Notes: generated by a model from the sequence alone, not told the origin. A stretch of 63,945 bases of DNA, filler included, from Lama guanicoe (GCA_013239625.1; 82 parts of 79 records of this genome joined end to end with filler, not necessarily neighbours in it), one strand, 5' to 3'; shown: positions 38,638-51,982, numbered from the whole stretch's first letter. Made by a program: numbers and translations.

Positions 38638-39699
38638 NNNNNNNNNNNNNNNNNNNNNNNNNNNNNNNNNNNNNNNNNNNNTTAATTAATTAANNNNNNN
38701 NNNNNNNNNNNNNNNNNNNNNNNNNNNNNNNNNNNNNCGCTGTTTTATCCCTCTCTTGGGGAGACCCTGTCCAGGCCGCCGGCGGTCTCTGATCCAGTTG
38801 GAGGAAGAGACCCTTCGTGCTTCGGAGCAGCTCCAGCTGGGTCAGGGCCTCGGCTTGTGGGCTTCCTCTCTGGAGGGAAAGGAGCAGACGGGACAGAGAG
38901 GCTCCAGGTTGGGGGCCCAGGGCACAGGCAGTGCTCGGCACAGTTCCCAAGCGGAGCCCGCTCCGGGAAGGTCGGTGAATTACGGTGCTTGATACCTGCT
39001 CTGTGCCTTGGCCTTCTTCAGGGAGGGTTCCAAGAAAAGATGATTTGTGTGACCTTCCTCGATACTGTCAGGGGGTTTACGTAGACGCGCAGGACATAAC
39101 TCATTACACGTGAGGGGTATCTTAGGGTGTGAGGACTTAATTCTCCCGGAACTGGCTGGGAAGGGGGGCTGTGTCTTGGTATCAGAGAGTCTGTCTCCAA
39201 ACCGGGCTCTGCTAGCGCCGAGGAAATCACACAGCGCGCTGTTCTCTCCCGGGAGTGCGTGGTGGTCCTGTTCTTTCTGCCCACGCTGCTGACCTGCCTT
39301 CCCCTCGGTGGGTGAGAAAACAAGGGCCGAGACTGGGCACCTCCCGGAGGCGTGGGGACAGGACAGGGCTTTCTTGTCCCTTGAGAGCACTTTCTCACCA
39401 CTTACTCCCTGAATGCAAGACTCATTTATTCAGTTGCCTGTCAGTATGTATCTCAAAGTCAGCAGGTCTAAAAGGGAAGTCATCTCTCACGTCCTGTGTG
39501 CGACAAGCCACAAACCTGAGTATCTGACGGCTTCTTCACTCTCCTTAGCTAATTTATTACCCAGTCCTGCTCAGTTTGTCCTTCATTACCGTCTCTCATN
39601 NNNNNNNNNNNNNNNNNNNNNNNNNNNNNNNNNNNNNNNNNNNTTAATTAATTAANNNNNNNNNNNNNNNNNNNNNNNNNNNNNNNNNNNNNNNNNNNN

Positions 39700-40336
39700 A
39701 ATCAAGAGAAAGAAGTAAAAGGTAAAGGACTGGAAAAAAGAAACAAAAGCCTTGATTATTTTATAGATGATATGATTGCTTATATCAAAAATTTCAAAAA
39801 AGAAAGGTTAACACAGGGGTTAATAAATGTTTGCTGAGAAAAATAAGCAACAAAATAGTTGTGAGGATTAAGTAAAATAATCTATGTTGACTATTTGGCA
39901 CCTAGTAGCAACTTAGTAAATATTAATTTCCTTTCCCTTAAAATTTACTTTTAGGTATCTATGTCACATGGGAGAGGGATTTTTAAAAAGTAAAAATTTA
40001 AATTAATAAAAAAGGTATTAGATTCAAAATTAAAGATTCAAAAATGCAAAGTAAACTGCATTTCTAGATACCCACAACAATTGACTAAAAATGTAAATTT
40101 CTTTAAAGATGTAATTTAAAACAGTGATAAACATTTTAAATACTTATGATAAAATAAAAAATGTGTAAGTCTTCTGAAGAGAAAACTAATAAACTTTATT
40201 AAAGGAACATTAAAGAAGACCTAATAAATAGCGAGATCTGTCATCTTATTGGGTGGGAAGACTATCATAAAGCATACTATAATTCTTTCCAAACTGATCT
40301 AAAACATCCGTACAATTCAAATACAAATCCTATCAG
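39700..40336 (+). mobile_element. Ancient L1 ORF2 relic with a MIR-like insert
   Basis: TTATTTATAGATGATATGATTG (RT motif remnant) and ATTAAAGAAGACCTAAT. Confidence 0.65.
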
Positions 40337-41162
40337 NNNNNNNNNNNNNNNNNNNNNNNNNNNNNNNNNNNNNNNNNNNNTTAATTAATTAANNNNNNNN
40401 NNNNNNNNNNNNNNNNNNNNNNNNNNNNNNNNNNNNATAAATAATAATTAGTATTACTCAGGTTGGGTTCTCTGACTACCATGTCGAAAATTAGAAATCC
40501 CTGCATATCTCATGGGCACTGAGCCAATCTATGGGTCAAGTACTAATACCTTGAATATATTAGAATTTAATACCTCTGTGAGATAATCATAAGTGTATTT
40601 AAAAGATATTACTCAGGTGGTGGTGGTGATCATTATTTTACTGTTATCAATTTAAATGACATAAGATTTGCATCCAAATGTAGGTAGTCCTGATAATCTG
40701 TAAGAAAAATAAACCAAATATGTAAATATGTAACTGAGGATATGGGTAAGTAAAGAAAGTGGAAATAAGAATGACCACTTAACATATGGAAAAGGAGAAA
40801 AGGCTTAATCTGGCCAGTACTCAGGAAAATATATATTTGGTGTGCTTTGCGTNNNNNNNNNNNNNNNNNNNNNNNNNNNNNNNNNNNNNNNNNNNNTTAA
40901 TTAATTAANNNNNNNNNNNNNNNNNNNNNNNNNNNNNNNNNNNNNNNNNNNNTGGTTTACTCTATAAACATTTCCTGGCTAACTTGCATGATATATCTTT
41001 CCTCAGGGGCATATTTTTGTGGATATGGAGAAGTGGTTTATTGCTGTCATTGTGATATGTATGTTAAGGGTACATTTCCCACCATAGATGGTCATTAATA
41101 GTGATTTTTGGATACATAATTTTACATTTCTGGGCTCCAGTTTCCTCTTGAATAAAATCAAT

Positions 41163-41851
41163 TTTTTAACATTTTTTATCAAGTTATAATCATTTTATAA
41201 TGTTGTGTCAAATTCCATTGTAGAGCACAATTATTTCAGTTATACATGAACAAACCCATAATCATTGTCACATTTTTTTTCACTGTGAACTACCACAGGA
41301 TCTTGTATATAATTCCCTGTGCTATACAGTATAATCTTGTTTACCTATTCTGCATATGCCTGTCAGTATCTACAAATTTTGGACTCCCAGTGTGTCCCTT
41401 CCCACCATCCTCCCCCATAAATCTCTTTCTGGTTCATTTAGAATGACATTTTCCAGGGACATCCATGTTGCTGCAAATGGCATTATGCTGTCATTTTTAT
41501 GGCTGAATAGTATTCCATTGTATAAATATGCCACATCTTCTTTTCTTTANNNNNNNNNNNNNNNNNNNNNNNNNNNNNNNNNNNNNNNNNNNNNNNNNNN
41601 NNNNNNNNNNNNNNNNNNNNNNNNNNNNNNNNNNNNNNNNNNNNNNNNNNNNNNNNNNNNNNNNNNNNNNNNNNNNNNNNNNNNNNNNNNNNNNNNNNNN
41701 NNNNNNNNNNNNNNNNNNNNNNNNCTGGGTCATAAGTCTATTCCTAGTGTTTTCAGGAATTTCCATACTGTTTTCCACAGTGGCTGCACCAAACTAAATT
41801 CCCACCAGTAGTGTAGGAGGGTTCCCTTTCCTCCACAGCCTCTCCTCTCCA
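41163..41851 (-). mobile_element. L1 3' end
   Basis: CATCCATGTTGCTGCAAATGGCA and ACTGTTTTCCACAGTGGCTGCACCAAACT. Confidence 0.9.
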
Positions 41852-42714
41852 NNNNNNNNNNNNNNNNNNNNNNNNNNNNNNNNNNNNNNNNNNNNTTAAT
41901 TAATTAANNNNNNNNNNNNNNNNNNNNNNNNNNNNNNNNNNNNNNNNNNNNACTTTGCCAAAACCTGGGAGGTGTGCACATAGTGACTGTAACCTCAGCA
42001 ATATGTGAAGTTCAGCATCAGAGGGGTGGGAGACTCAGGAAAGGCTTTTTTAAGGTAACAAGGGGAAAGTGAAAGGACGCAGGCTGTGTGAGAAAGAAAC
42101 ATCTCGGTCACAGCCAGCAAGGCACCTGCATTCAGGATGGTGTGTGGAGANNNNNNNNNNNNNNNNNNNNNNNNNNNNNNNNNNNNNNNNNNNNNNNNNN
42201 NNNNNNNNNNNNNNNAAAGTGGGCTTTCCCTGGTTGAACAAGAGGATTGTGACATGATGTGTTTATATTTTGGAGAGAAGGGTTTCGTGGGGACACGCCT
42301 AGGAGAACGCTCACTGGCTGGGGAGTCAGCACGAAAGGAAACCACAGAGAACCGGACAGAACCCAACGCCCTGCTGGGGGAGAGGCTGCCCGCCAATTGG
42401 AGCCCTGGAGGCTGCTTCTGTCCCGTAGCTGGGGCCTCAGAGCTCCCTTCACAACCCAGTCCTGTTGATACAAGAAAAAAAAATGTGGGGCATGAGAAGG
42501 GCTGTGTCCCAGGCTTTGATTGAGCCCCTGGGATATGCCCCACTAGATTTTGTTTCTTGGCTTCATGCATTAAATAATTCAAGAGCAAGCCAGTGTTGAG
42601 TAAAGGTAGATTTANNNNNNNNNNNNNNNNNNNNNNNNNNNNNNNNNNNNNNNNNNNNTTAATTAATTAANNNNNNNNNNNNNNNNNNNNNNNNNNNNNN
42701 NNNNNNNNNNNNNN

Positions 42715-43602
42715 AGAATATAGATTATGGAAACAGAATACAGAACCCAGAATTTAGAACATTCGCTGCAGAACACAGAATTTAGAATATAGTATACAGA
42801 ATACTGAATATATAATTTAGAATATAGAATGTAGAACACAGAATATAGAATATAGAATATGGAATGCAAAATATAGTATGTAGAATATAGAATGAAAAAC
42901 ACACAATGTAGTATATAGAATAGAGAATGTAGAACCCAGAATTTAGAACATGGAATGCGTAACACAGAATTTAGAATATAGTATACTGAAAATTTAGAAC
43001 ATAGAATGCAGAACACAGAAATTAGAATATAGAATACTGAATGCAAAAATTAGAATGTAGAATCTAGAATGAAGAACACAGAATATAGAATATATAAAAG
43101 AAAAGATAGAACCCAGAATTTAGAAATCGAATGCAGAGAATAGAATTTACAATATAGAATACAAAATACTGACTACAAAATTTAGAATATGAAAGAGGAA
43201 CACAGAATATAAAATATAGGAAAGAGAATTTAGAATATGGAATGCAGAACACAGAATTTAGAAAAAGAATACAGAACGCTGAATATAGGATTTAGACTAT
43301 AAAATGTAGAACGCAGGATATAAAATATAGGAAAGAGAATATAGAATATGGAATGCAGAACACAGAATTTAGAAAAAGAATACAGAACGCTGAATATAGG
43401 ATTTAGACTATAAAATGTAGAACGCAGGATATAAAATATAGGAAAGAGAATATAGAATATGGAATGCAGAACACAGAATTTAGAAAAAGAATACAGAACG
43501 CTGAATATAGGATTTAGACTATAAAATGTAGAACGCAGGATATAAAATATAGGATAGAGGATATAGAAACCAGAATTTAGAACATGGAATGGAGAACACA
43601 GA
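42715..43602 (-). repeat. Heptamer satellite family A with a 111-bp near-perfect triplication
   Basis: ACGCTGAATATAGG at 43276, 43387 and 43498. Confidence 0.95.
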
Positions 43603-44880
43603 NNNNNNNNNNNNNNNNNNNNNNNNNNNNNNNNNNNNNNNNNNNNTTAATTAATTAANNNNNNNNNNNNNNNNNNNNNNNNNNNNNNNNNNNNNNNNNN
43701 NNCCCACACCTGACCTACCAGGTACTCAATGGCACTCACTCAGCACTGACTTTGTGCTGAGGACCACGCTGCACACTCTGCACAAGTTATCTCACTGGAT
43801 TTCCACAGCAGTCCTGGGAAGTCGGTACATCACTGCTTCAATTGATTAGGTAAATTGTTTCACTTCCTTGAGTGCGTCATCCAAAGTGACACGGCTACTG
43901 AGCCACAAACCTGGGACTGAAAATCACTTGAAAACTGAACACTGCTACACCTCGCAGCCACCCTACTCTGACTCACACATCATCTCCTGCCGAGCCTTCT
44001 AAATGTTTCTAAGCATTCTACAAGACAAATGTGATCTCCGAGAGCACCCAACTCCCCTACTTAAAATCTGTCAATGACGGTCCACTGCCCTTAGGAGAAT
44101 GCCCCACCGGGCCTGAGCACAACCCAATGGCCCAGCATCTGCGTTCCCTGTGCAGCCGTGCCACCTCACCCACCATGTAGCACTACATGTGCCATGTGCA
44201 GACAGGGATGCTGATTCCTTACAACCCGGGGCTCGTCACAAACAATGATCACCCTCTTCAGTGGTCACCCTCTAAAATGCTGACTCTCAGAAAAATGTTT
44301 TCTCAGGACGAATCAATATCTTTTTCCTTACAACCTCCCATCATTGCTAATGAGCTCCCCACAAAAGAGAGAAGACTTAATCCTCAGTCTCCTTATCTGT
44401 AAAGTGTGAATAACAAGGAAATATGAGAGGTTTTAAGAGAAATAATCTTCATGTGAGGCTGAGGGACAATTCCCAACATACAGTAAGCACTCAATATGTG
44501 CTTACTTAATATTAATAAGAATAGATTCCATTCCAGCCACCTTCAATCAAATTCCATTCCACTTCAATCAATGCTTTATGGCTTTGTCCAAAAGACCACC
44601 AACAAACTGTTCGGCAGACAGCTTTGAGCAGATCAGCACAAGCGTACTGGGAGAGGTAAGCGCTGACTCNNNNNNNNNNNNNNNNNNNNNNNNNNNNNNN
44701 NNNNNNNNNNNNNTTAATTAATTAANNNNNNNNNNNNNNNNNNNNNNNNNNNNNNNNNNNNNNNNNNNNCTTCCTCCCTGCCCCCCACTTCAGCTGGGGT
44801 CAGCACTGAATGAGGAGGGGTCCCTAAGTTCCCCTGGGGACCCCCTGGGGGCTGATAGTGGAGGGCTGGCCCACTGTTCC

Positions 44881-45203
44881 CTACTGGGTGCAGTGCCTCT
44901 TTCTCTTCCTCCTCCTCCTCCCTGCGACATACAGGTCACACCTTGTCTGTTTTGCCTGTGAGGGTCGAGCCAGCCCCAGAGTCAAGGCAGGCCCCCCAGA
45001 TCCTGAGGTCAGGCCTAGTCAGGGACAGCTTCCCAGCAGACACTGGGCCTCCACTAGAGGCCGTTTCCTCGACAGACTTTGAGGGGGCCTGGGGAGCCCC
45101 CCAACCTTCAGGGCAGCCAAATCTAAGGGCCCTGGGGCAGAGCTCTGGGACATCCCCCAGGGCCACAGGCAGGACTGAGAGGCCAAGAGGAAGGCCAGGC
45201 CAC
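44881..45203 (-). pseudogene. NUT-family (NUTM2-like) terminal exon, frameshifted
   Basis: GLAFLLASQ...PW, GGPVSAGK and LTLGLARPSQAKQTRCDLYVAGRRRRKRKRHCTQ* resemble NUTM1/NUTM2 C-termini but are spread over different frames. Confidence 0.78.
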
Positions 45204-45382
45204 NNNNNNNNNNNNNNNNNNNNNNNNNNNNNNNNNNNNNNNNNNNNTTAATTAATTAANNNNNNNNNNNNNNNNNNNNNNNNNNNNNNNNNNNNNNNNN
45301 NNNCCCGGCAGAACCCCTGTCCTGGTGCTGAGAGTGCCAGTCCCTGGAATCTTGCAGCCCCCAGGCTCCAGGCCCAGCCCAC

Positions 45383-45645
45383 CTTGGTGACGCAGGCTTC
45401 CTGGGAGCACAGCTTGTCAGTGTAGATCAGGAGATCCGAGTCCCTGTAAGTCCCGTTCTCTTCCTGCTTCAGTTCATTTCTGTCCTCTTTAAATTCTGCA
45501 TCTAGCTCCCCAGTGGCTGAGGGGACAGGCCCCACCAGCCCCTCCATGGTGTCCACATGCTCTTTCACAGCCTCAGGGGGAATCTCCTTAGGTGCCATGT
45601 TCTCCCAGGGACACTGGGATCTGTGTAGCTTCCTGGGCACACACA
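45383..45645 (-). CDS. NUT-family (NUTM1/NUTM2-like) internal exon
   Basis: APKEIPPEAVKEHVDTMEGLVG...DLLIYTDKLCSQEACVTK versus NUT APKEIPPEAVKEYVDIME...LLSYI..LCSQ..FV.K. Pyrimidine-rich acceptor CCCCCAG| and donor AAG|GTGGGC; open frame. Confidence 0.88.
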
Positions 45646-45942
45646 CTGGGGGAAAGCGGGAGGAGGAAATTAAGGTGAGGGGCTCCTGCGTCCAGCTTCT
45701 GACCACGCAGCACACATGTCGGTTCAGACAGTGTTTGAACAACATGGACGTGGGTGTCCTTCGAGTCAAGGCCAACTGTATCTTCACCCACAATGATGGG
45801 GAATGAGGAGGGAGAGGTAAGGGGGAGGTTCTAAGAGAGTCANNNNNNNNNNNNNNNNNNNNNNNNNNNNNNNNNNNNNNNNNNNNTTAATTAATTAANN
45901 NNNNNNNNNNNNNNNNNNNNNNNNNNNNNNNNNNNNNNNNNN

Positions 45943-46761
45943 GTTTTCATATTCTTTTTCATTGAAAGTTATTATAAGATATTGAACAGAGTTCCCAGTG
46001 CTATACCGAAGAAACTTGTTTTTATCCATTTTTATATAAAATCGCTAACATTTGCAAATCTAAAAATCCCAAATGTATCCTTTCCCATCCAATTTCCCCA
46101 AGTAACCATAAGTTTGATTATTCTGTCTGTGAAACTGTTTCTGTTTTGTAGATGAGTTCATCAGGGTCCACCTTTTTTCTTTTTTTAGATTCTGCTTATG
46201 AGTGATATACAGTAGTTTTCTTTCTCTTTCTAGCTTACTTCACTTGTGATGAAAATCTCCAGATCCATCCATGTTGCTGCAAATGACATTATTTCATTCT
46301 TTATTATGTCTGAGTAGTATTCCACTGTATAAATATACCACAACATTTTTATCCCATCATCTCTCAATGGACATTAGAGTTGTTTCCACGTCTTTGCTAT
46401 TGTAAATAGTGCTGCTATGATCGTTGGGGTGCATGTATCTTTTTGAATTAAGGTTAGCACTGGATATATGCCTAAAAGTGGAATTGCTGGATCATATGGT
46501 AATTCATTTTTTAGTTTTTTGAGGAATCTCCATACTGTTTTCCACATTGGCTACACCAAACTACATTCCCACCAACAGTGTAGGAGGGTTCCCTTTTCTC
46601 CACACCCTCTCCAGCATTTATCATTGTGGACTTTTGAATGACAGCCATTCTGACTGGTGTGAGGTGATACCTGAGTGTAGTTTTGACTTCCATTTCTCTA
46701 ATAATTAGCAAAATTGAGCATTTTTCGTGTGCCTATTGGTCACTTGTATGTCTTCATTGGA
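45943..46761 (-). mobile_element. L1 ORF2 end plus 3' UTR
   Basis: LIIREM...RYHLTPVRMA...[15 protein letters not shown]. Confidence 0.95.
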
Positions 46762-46861
46762 NNNNNNNNNNNNNNNNNNNNNNNNNNNNNNNNNNNNNNN
46801 NNNNNTTAATTAATTAANNNNNNNNNNNNNNNNNNNNNNNNNNNNNNNNNNNNNNNNNNNN

Positions 46862-47704
46862 TGTGTCTAATGCAACCTGTTCCCTTTTTGCTAGATGAAT
46901 GCTCGTTTCCACACATGCTCAGTTTTGAGCAATATGATGTATGAAAGCCGTCCTTTACCTAGCTTGTTGGGAACACAAAGTTTCTCTTCAGTTGCAAACT
47001 CCACTACATACAAATATATGGGGATGCACAAGCTCCAAATCGGATTTACATTGAAAACTGCAGGAACTTCAAACCGCCTCTTGGAAACAGACTGAGAAAC
47101 CAGAGAAATTGTTTCTCCTTCAACCTGTACCATTTGTGCAACATGAACGAACGTCTCTCCACATGCTCAGTTTTGAGAGTTAAGCGTGTGTGAAAGCCGC
47201 CCTTCACCTAGCTTGTTGGGAACACAAAGTTTCTCTTCAGTTGCAGACTCCACTCCATACAAATATANNNNNNNNNNNNNNNNNNNNNNNNNNNNNNNNN
47301 NNNNNNNNNNNNNNNNNNNNNNNNNNNNNNNNNNNNNNNNNNNNNNNNNNNNNNNNNNNNNNNNNNTCAACCGGCACTAGGAAATGCAGACTGAGGAAAC
47401 AGAGTAAGTTTTTCTCCTGCAACCTTTTCCTTTTGTGCTAATAGAAAGAATGGCTCTACACATGGTCCATTTTGAGAGTTAAGCGTGTGTAAAAACTGAG
47501 CTTCACATAGCTTGTTGGGAAAACCAAGTTCCTCTCCAGTTGCAAACTCCACTACATACATATATATTGGGAGGTACAAGCTCCAACTCGTTTTACAGTG
47601 AAAACTGAAGGAACATCAAAACGCACTTGGAAACAGACAGAGAAACCAGAGAAATTGTTTCTCCTGCAATCTGCTAAATTTGTGCTTGATGGACGAATGT
47701 CTCT
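46862..47704 (+). repeat. ~248-bp satellite, family C
   Basis: CATGCTCAGTTTTGAG at 46914 and 47162. Confidence 0.95.
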
Positions 47705-50700
47705 NNNNNNNNNNNNNNNNNNNNNNNNNNNNNNNNNNNNNNNNNNNNTTAATTAATTAANNNNNNNNNNNNNNNNNNNNNNNNNNNNNNNNNNNNNNNN
47801 NNNNGCGGTCCGGGCCCCACGCCTCTGCTTTCCCGGCTGCGAAACTCGGGAAGAAGCAGGGCTGTGTTGTGATCGGGGGCCGCGCGTCCTGTTCGGCTTC
47901 CTCTGAGCCACTCCCCACCCCTCTCCTCCTCTGGGCCAGGTGTAACATTTTGTCTTCCCTTTTCAACTGACGGTTTAAAACAGTGTTTCAGATATCTGTC
48001 AAAACACTGTACATGCAAAATANNNNNNNNNNNNNNNNNNNNNNNNNNNNNNNNNNNNNNNNNNNNNNNNNNNNNNNNNNNNNNNNNNNNNNNNNNNNNN
48101 NNNNNNNNNNNNNNNNNNNNNNNNNNNNNNNNNNNNNNNNNNNNNNNNNNNNNNNNNNNNNNNNNNNNNNNNNNNNNNNNNNNNNNNNNNNNNNNNNNNN
48201 NNNNNNNNNNNNNNNNNNNNNNNNNNNNNNNNNNNNNNNNNNNNNNNNNNNNNNNNNNNNNNNNNNNNNNNNNNNNNNNNNNNNNNNNNNNNNNNNNNNN
48301 NNNNNNNNNNNNNNNNNNNNNNNNNNNNNNNNNNNNNNNNNNNNNNNNNNNNNNNNNNNNNNNNNNNNNNNNNNNNNNNNNNNNNNNNNNNNNNNNNNNN
48401 NNNNNNNNNNNNNNNNNNNNNNNNNNNNNNNNNNNNNNNNNNNNNNNNNNNNNNNNNNNNNNNNNNNNNNNNNNNNNNNNNNNNNNNNNNNNNNNNNNNN
48501 NNNNNNNNNNNNNNNNNNNNNNNNNNNNNNNNNNNNNNNNNNNNNNNNNNNNNNNNNNNNNNNNNTTTTTAAAAAGTGTTTATTTAACTCAATTAGAACA
48601 GAGTTCCTTTAACATAGGAGACTTTATTATCTCATGTATTAATACCCTCTAGAGGTACACAATGAAAAATGTGATTTATAAACAGATACATACAGACACA
48701 AGGAAAACAGAGCATGTAGCTTCAGTAACAGTTTAAGAGAAAAGTCAGAAACAGAAATCTTCCCTGGTCAAAATACCAAAAAAAGCACCTGGGGCTTATA
48801 TCCCTTAATTGATTTGAGTTCTAAATGGACAAATACACATTTTTTTAAAAAACAAATTGCTAAGAACAAGATTCTTTTTCATGTTGAGTAATAATTTTGG
48901 AGNNNNNNNNNNNNNNNNNNNNNNNNNNNNNNNNNNNNNNNNNNNNTTAATTAATTAANNNNNNNNNNNNNNNNNNNNNNNNNNNNNNNNNNNNNNNNNN
49001 NNCAATGTAAGTTCACAAGAACCAAATACATTTTGCTTAATAATGTGGCTGTAACTTTTCTCCCCTTGACACTCAGAAGTGCACGTGTTATGAATAAATG
49101 AATGATGGGATGGGTCTCAAAGGGACAGACATACCTGCTCTCTCTCGTCCCGACCCTTCTGTCTGTAGAATATCAGAAGCAAAACCAGAAGTACCTTTCC
49201 TGNNNNNNNNNNNNNNNNNNNNNNNNNNNNNNNNNNNNNNNNNNNNNNNNNNNNNNNNNNNNNNNNNNNNNNNNNNNNNNNNNNNNNNTACACTCTCCAG
49301 TGTCCTCCCCAGCAGGGGCACCCTCCACCCTGGATCACACAGGGCACTCTCCACGGGTCCCCACACAAAAAGCCTCCAGGCCTCTGCCCGGGCTGCACCT
49401 GCCACCTGAGCCACATTCTTGACTCTTTCTCCTGGCTGACACTTACTCTGTCCTCACAACTGAATGTAGGGCCCATTTCTTCAAGGAAGTCCTCTCAGAT
49501 AATGTCCTTTAGGTCTTCGCTGGGCTCCATCTATAGCAGCAGTACATGGTGACCAACTGGTTGTTTGCCCACTCCTTTGAGACCACGAAATCTTGGGGGC
49601 CACGTGGGAAAGAGTGAGAAATTAAAAGAGGGGTGGGGGAAGCAAAAATCAAAAATCACAGTCCAAGTCCCAAATTCAAGGATACTTTCTCAGAAAAANN
49701 NNNNNNNNNNNNNNNNNNNNNNNNNNNNNNNNNNNNNNNNNNTTAATTAATTAANNNNNNNNNNNNNNNNNNNNNNNNNNNNNNNNNNNNNNNNNNNNGA
49801 AAAGACTAAAATTTTTCTATTATTTTAAATGGTTAATAACAAATTCTTTAGAATGGAACAAAGTCTCTTATTCTTTACCCTAAAATGACCCACTAAAATG
49901 TAACCTGTGAGTTACAGAGAATTTGGTAAATCTAAAAACTCACCTTGCTTTTTATTTTAACAACATTAAATTAAGATGAATGCAAAGAATCTTTAATCTG
50001 GAAATAAAGATGAGAGATGCATCAGTACATATTTGGAGATTGAAGCCAAAAAATTAGTAATTTTGGACATTAGGAAATTTAAATCCTAGGACATTATTTA
50101 AGAATGTACAACTGCTAGACTGACACTAAAACACAAACACTGGTGTGGAGGCTACCAATTGTAAAGCTATTATTCATAAACACTAAGGACTTCTCTCACA
50201 AAAGGACTTCTCTCACTTTGATATTTTTTTCCCTAAATTGTGACCATGGATAGAGTATTTATCGAGACTTAATTGTGATAATATCAGGATTATGTGTTTT
50301 TCTGAAAATCCATCATGAAACAGAATGAAATAATCTATAACCACTGATTTAATATTTCCCCCTGTTATTTGATTGTGAATATGGGGGTGGAGAATAAAAT
50401 TTAATAAAATTTCAATCACATAGACGCAATAGCATTCAATCTCAATATCCCAAATGAGTTGTTCAAAACGGATTGTCATATACCAAATCACTGATATGCT
50501 CATCCAGGACAATGACCTTAGCATTTGTCATCTTGTCACTCGTAAAAACCCTCAAGACCTCGAGGCAGAAATGTCCATTTTCCTGCCCACAAAGGCTTGT
50601 CTCAGATAGGTTGATTTAAATTCTCATGTATTTAGAATCAATTGGAGACTTTTCAATAAAACTAAAATTATATAGCAGTTTTGAAAAGAATTTTGCTATC

Positions 50701-50890
50701 AGAGGAAACACAGCAGTAATGAAATACACAGCAGTAATGAAAGAGAGAAAAAAATAATTAAAAAAACCCTTGCATTTACTTGACATTAGTNNNNNNNNNN
50801 NNNNNNNNNNNNNNNNNNNNNNNNNNNNNNNNNNTTAATTAATTAANNNNNNNNNNNNNNNNNNNNNNNNNNNNNNNNNNNNNNNNNNNN

Positions 50891-51432
50891 AAACACTTAC
50901 TCTGGTTTCTCAGTCTGTTTCCTAGTGCAGATTTGAAGTTCCTACGGTTTGTACTCTAAAACCGAGTTGGAGCTTGTTCCTCCCCATATATATGTATGGA
51001 GTGGTGTTTGACACTGACAAGAAATATGTGTTCTTTATACCTAGGTGAGGACGGCTTTCACACACACTTATCTCTCAGAACTGAGCATGTGGAGAGAGGT
51101 TCGTTCATCCAGCACAAAGGGAACGGGTTGCAGGAGAAACACTTACTCTGGTTTCTCAGTCTGTTTCCTNNNNNNNNNNNNNNNNNNNNNNNNNNNNNNN
51201 NNNNNNNNNGAGTTGAAACTTGTTCCTCCCCATATATATGTATGGAGTGGGGTTTGCAACTGACAAGAAACTTTGTGTTCCCTTCAAGCTCGGTGAAGGA
51301 CGGCTTTCACACACATTTATCTCTCAGAACTGAGCATGTGGAGAGACGTTCGTTCATCCAGCACTGAAGGCAAGGGTTGCAGTAGAAACCCTTACTCTGA
51401 TTTCTCAGTCTGTTTCCAAGTGCCGGTTTGAA
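50891..51432 (-). repeat. ~248-bp satellite, family C
   Basis: AAACACTTACTCTGGTTTCTCAG at 50891 and 51137. Confidence 0.95.
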
Positions 51433-51532
51433 NNNNNNNNNNNNNNNNNNNNNNNNNNNNNNNNNNNNNNNNNNNNTTAATTAATTAANNNNNNNNNNNN
51501 NNNNNNNNNNNNNNNNNNNNNNNNNNNNNNNN

Positions 51533-51982
51533 TTTCCCATTACACACGCGTCCCCGCTCCTGACCCTTGGTGTACACACCTGCGATCACACGGAGGAAGG
51601 GGGGACCCGGGCGGTGAGGACCAGGGGCGCGGACACCCCAGCGGCCCCGATGGACACGGACACTCACCCGCTCCCGGCGGGCGAGGAGAATAGTCGAAGC
51701 GGGCCCGCCAGCGCACCCGTCCCCTCCTGCCCTGCTGGCCGGGGCCCCAGCTCGGTCAGGTCCACACACACCCCGGCAGGAAGCGGGCTCAGGCCGTGGG
51801 AAACCGGCGTAACTTCAGACAGAGAGCGAGGAGCATCCTCCCGCAGACACGCAGGCAGCGCTGTCCCGGAGCCTCCTTGGCGCCGCCCGCTCAGTCCTGA
51901 GGAAAACAAGCTCCGCCACCAAGGAAGACGCTAGCTGCTGATGCGGACTGCGCATGCGCACCGCTACCTAAGACACGCTGGC
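51533..51982 (-). promoter_or_regulatory. CpG-island promoter and probable first exon
   Basis: CpG-dense. NRF1 palindrome TGCGCATGCGCA at 51949-51960. Minus-strand donor CGG|GTGAGT at 51668/51667. Confidence 0.65.

Noticed and set aside
38738..38871. Good minus-strand splice acceptor followed by open frames
   Set aside because: It is truncated by the scaffold end and no protein is recognisable.
50186..50742. Short 14-18 bp tandem duplications
   Set aside because: Ordinary slippage events.
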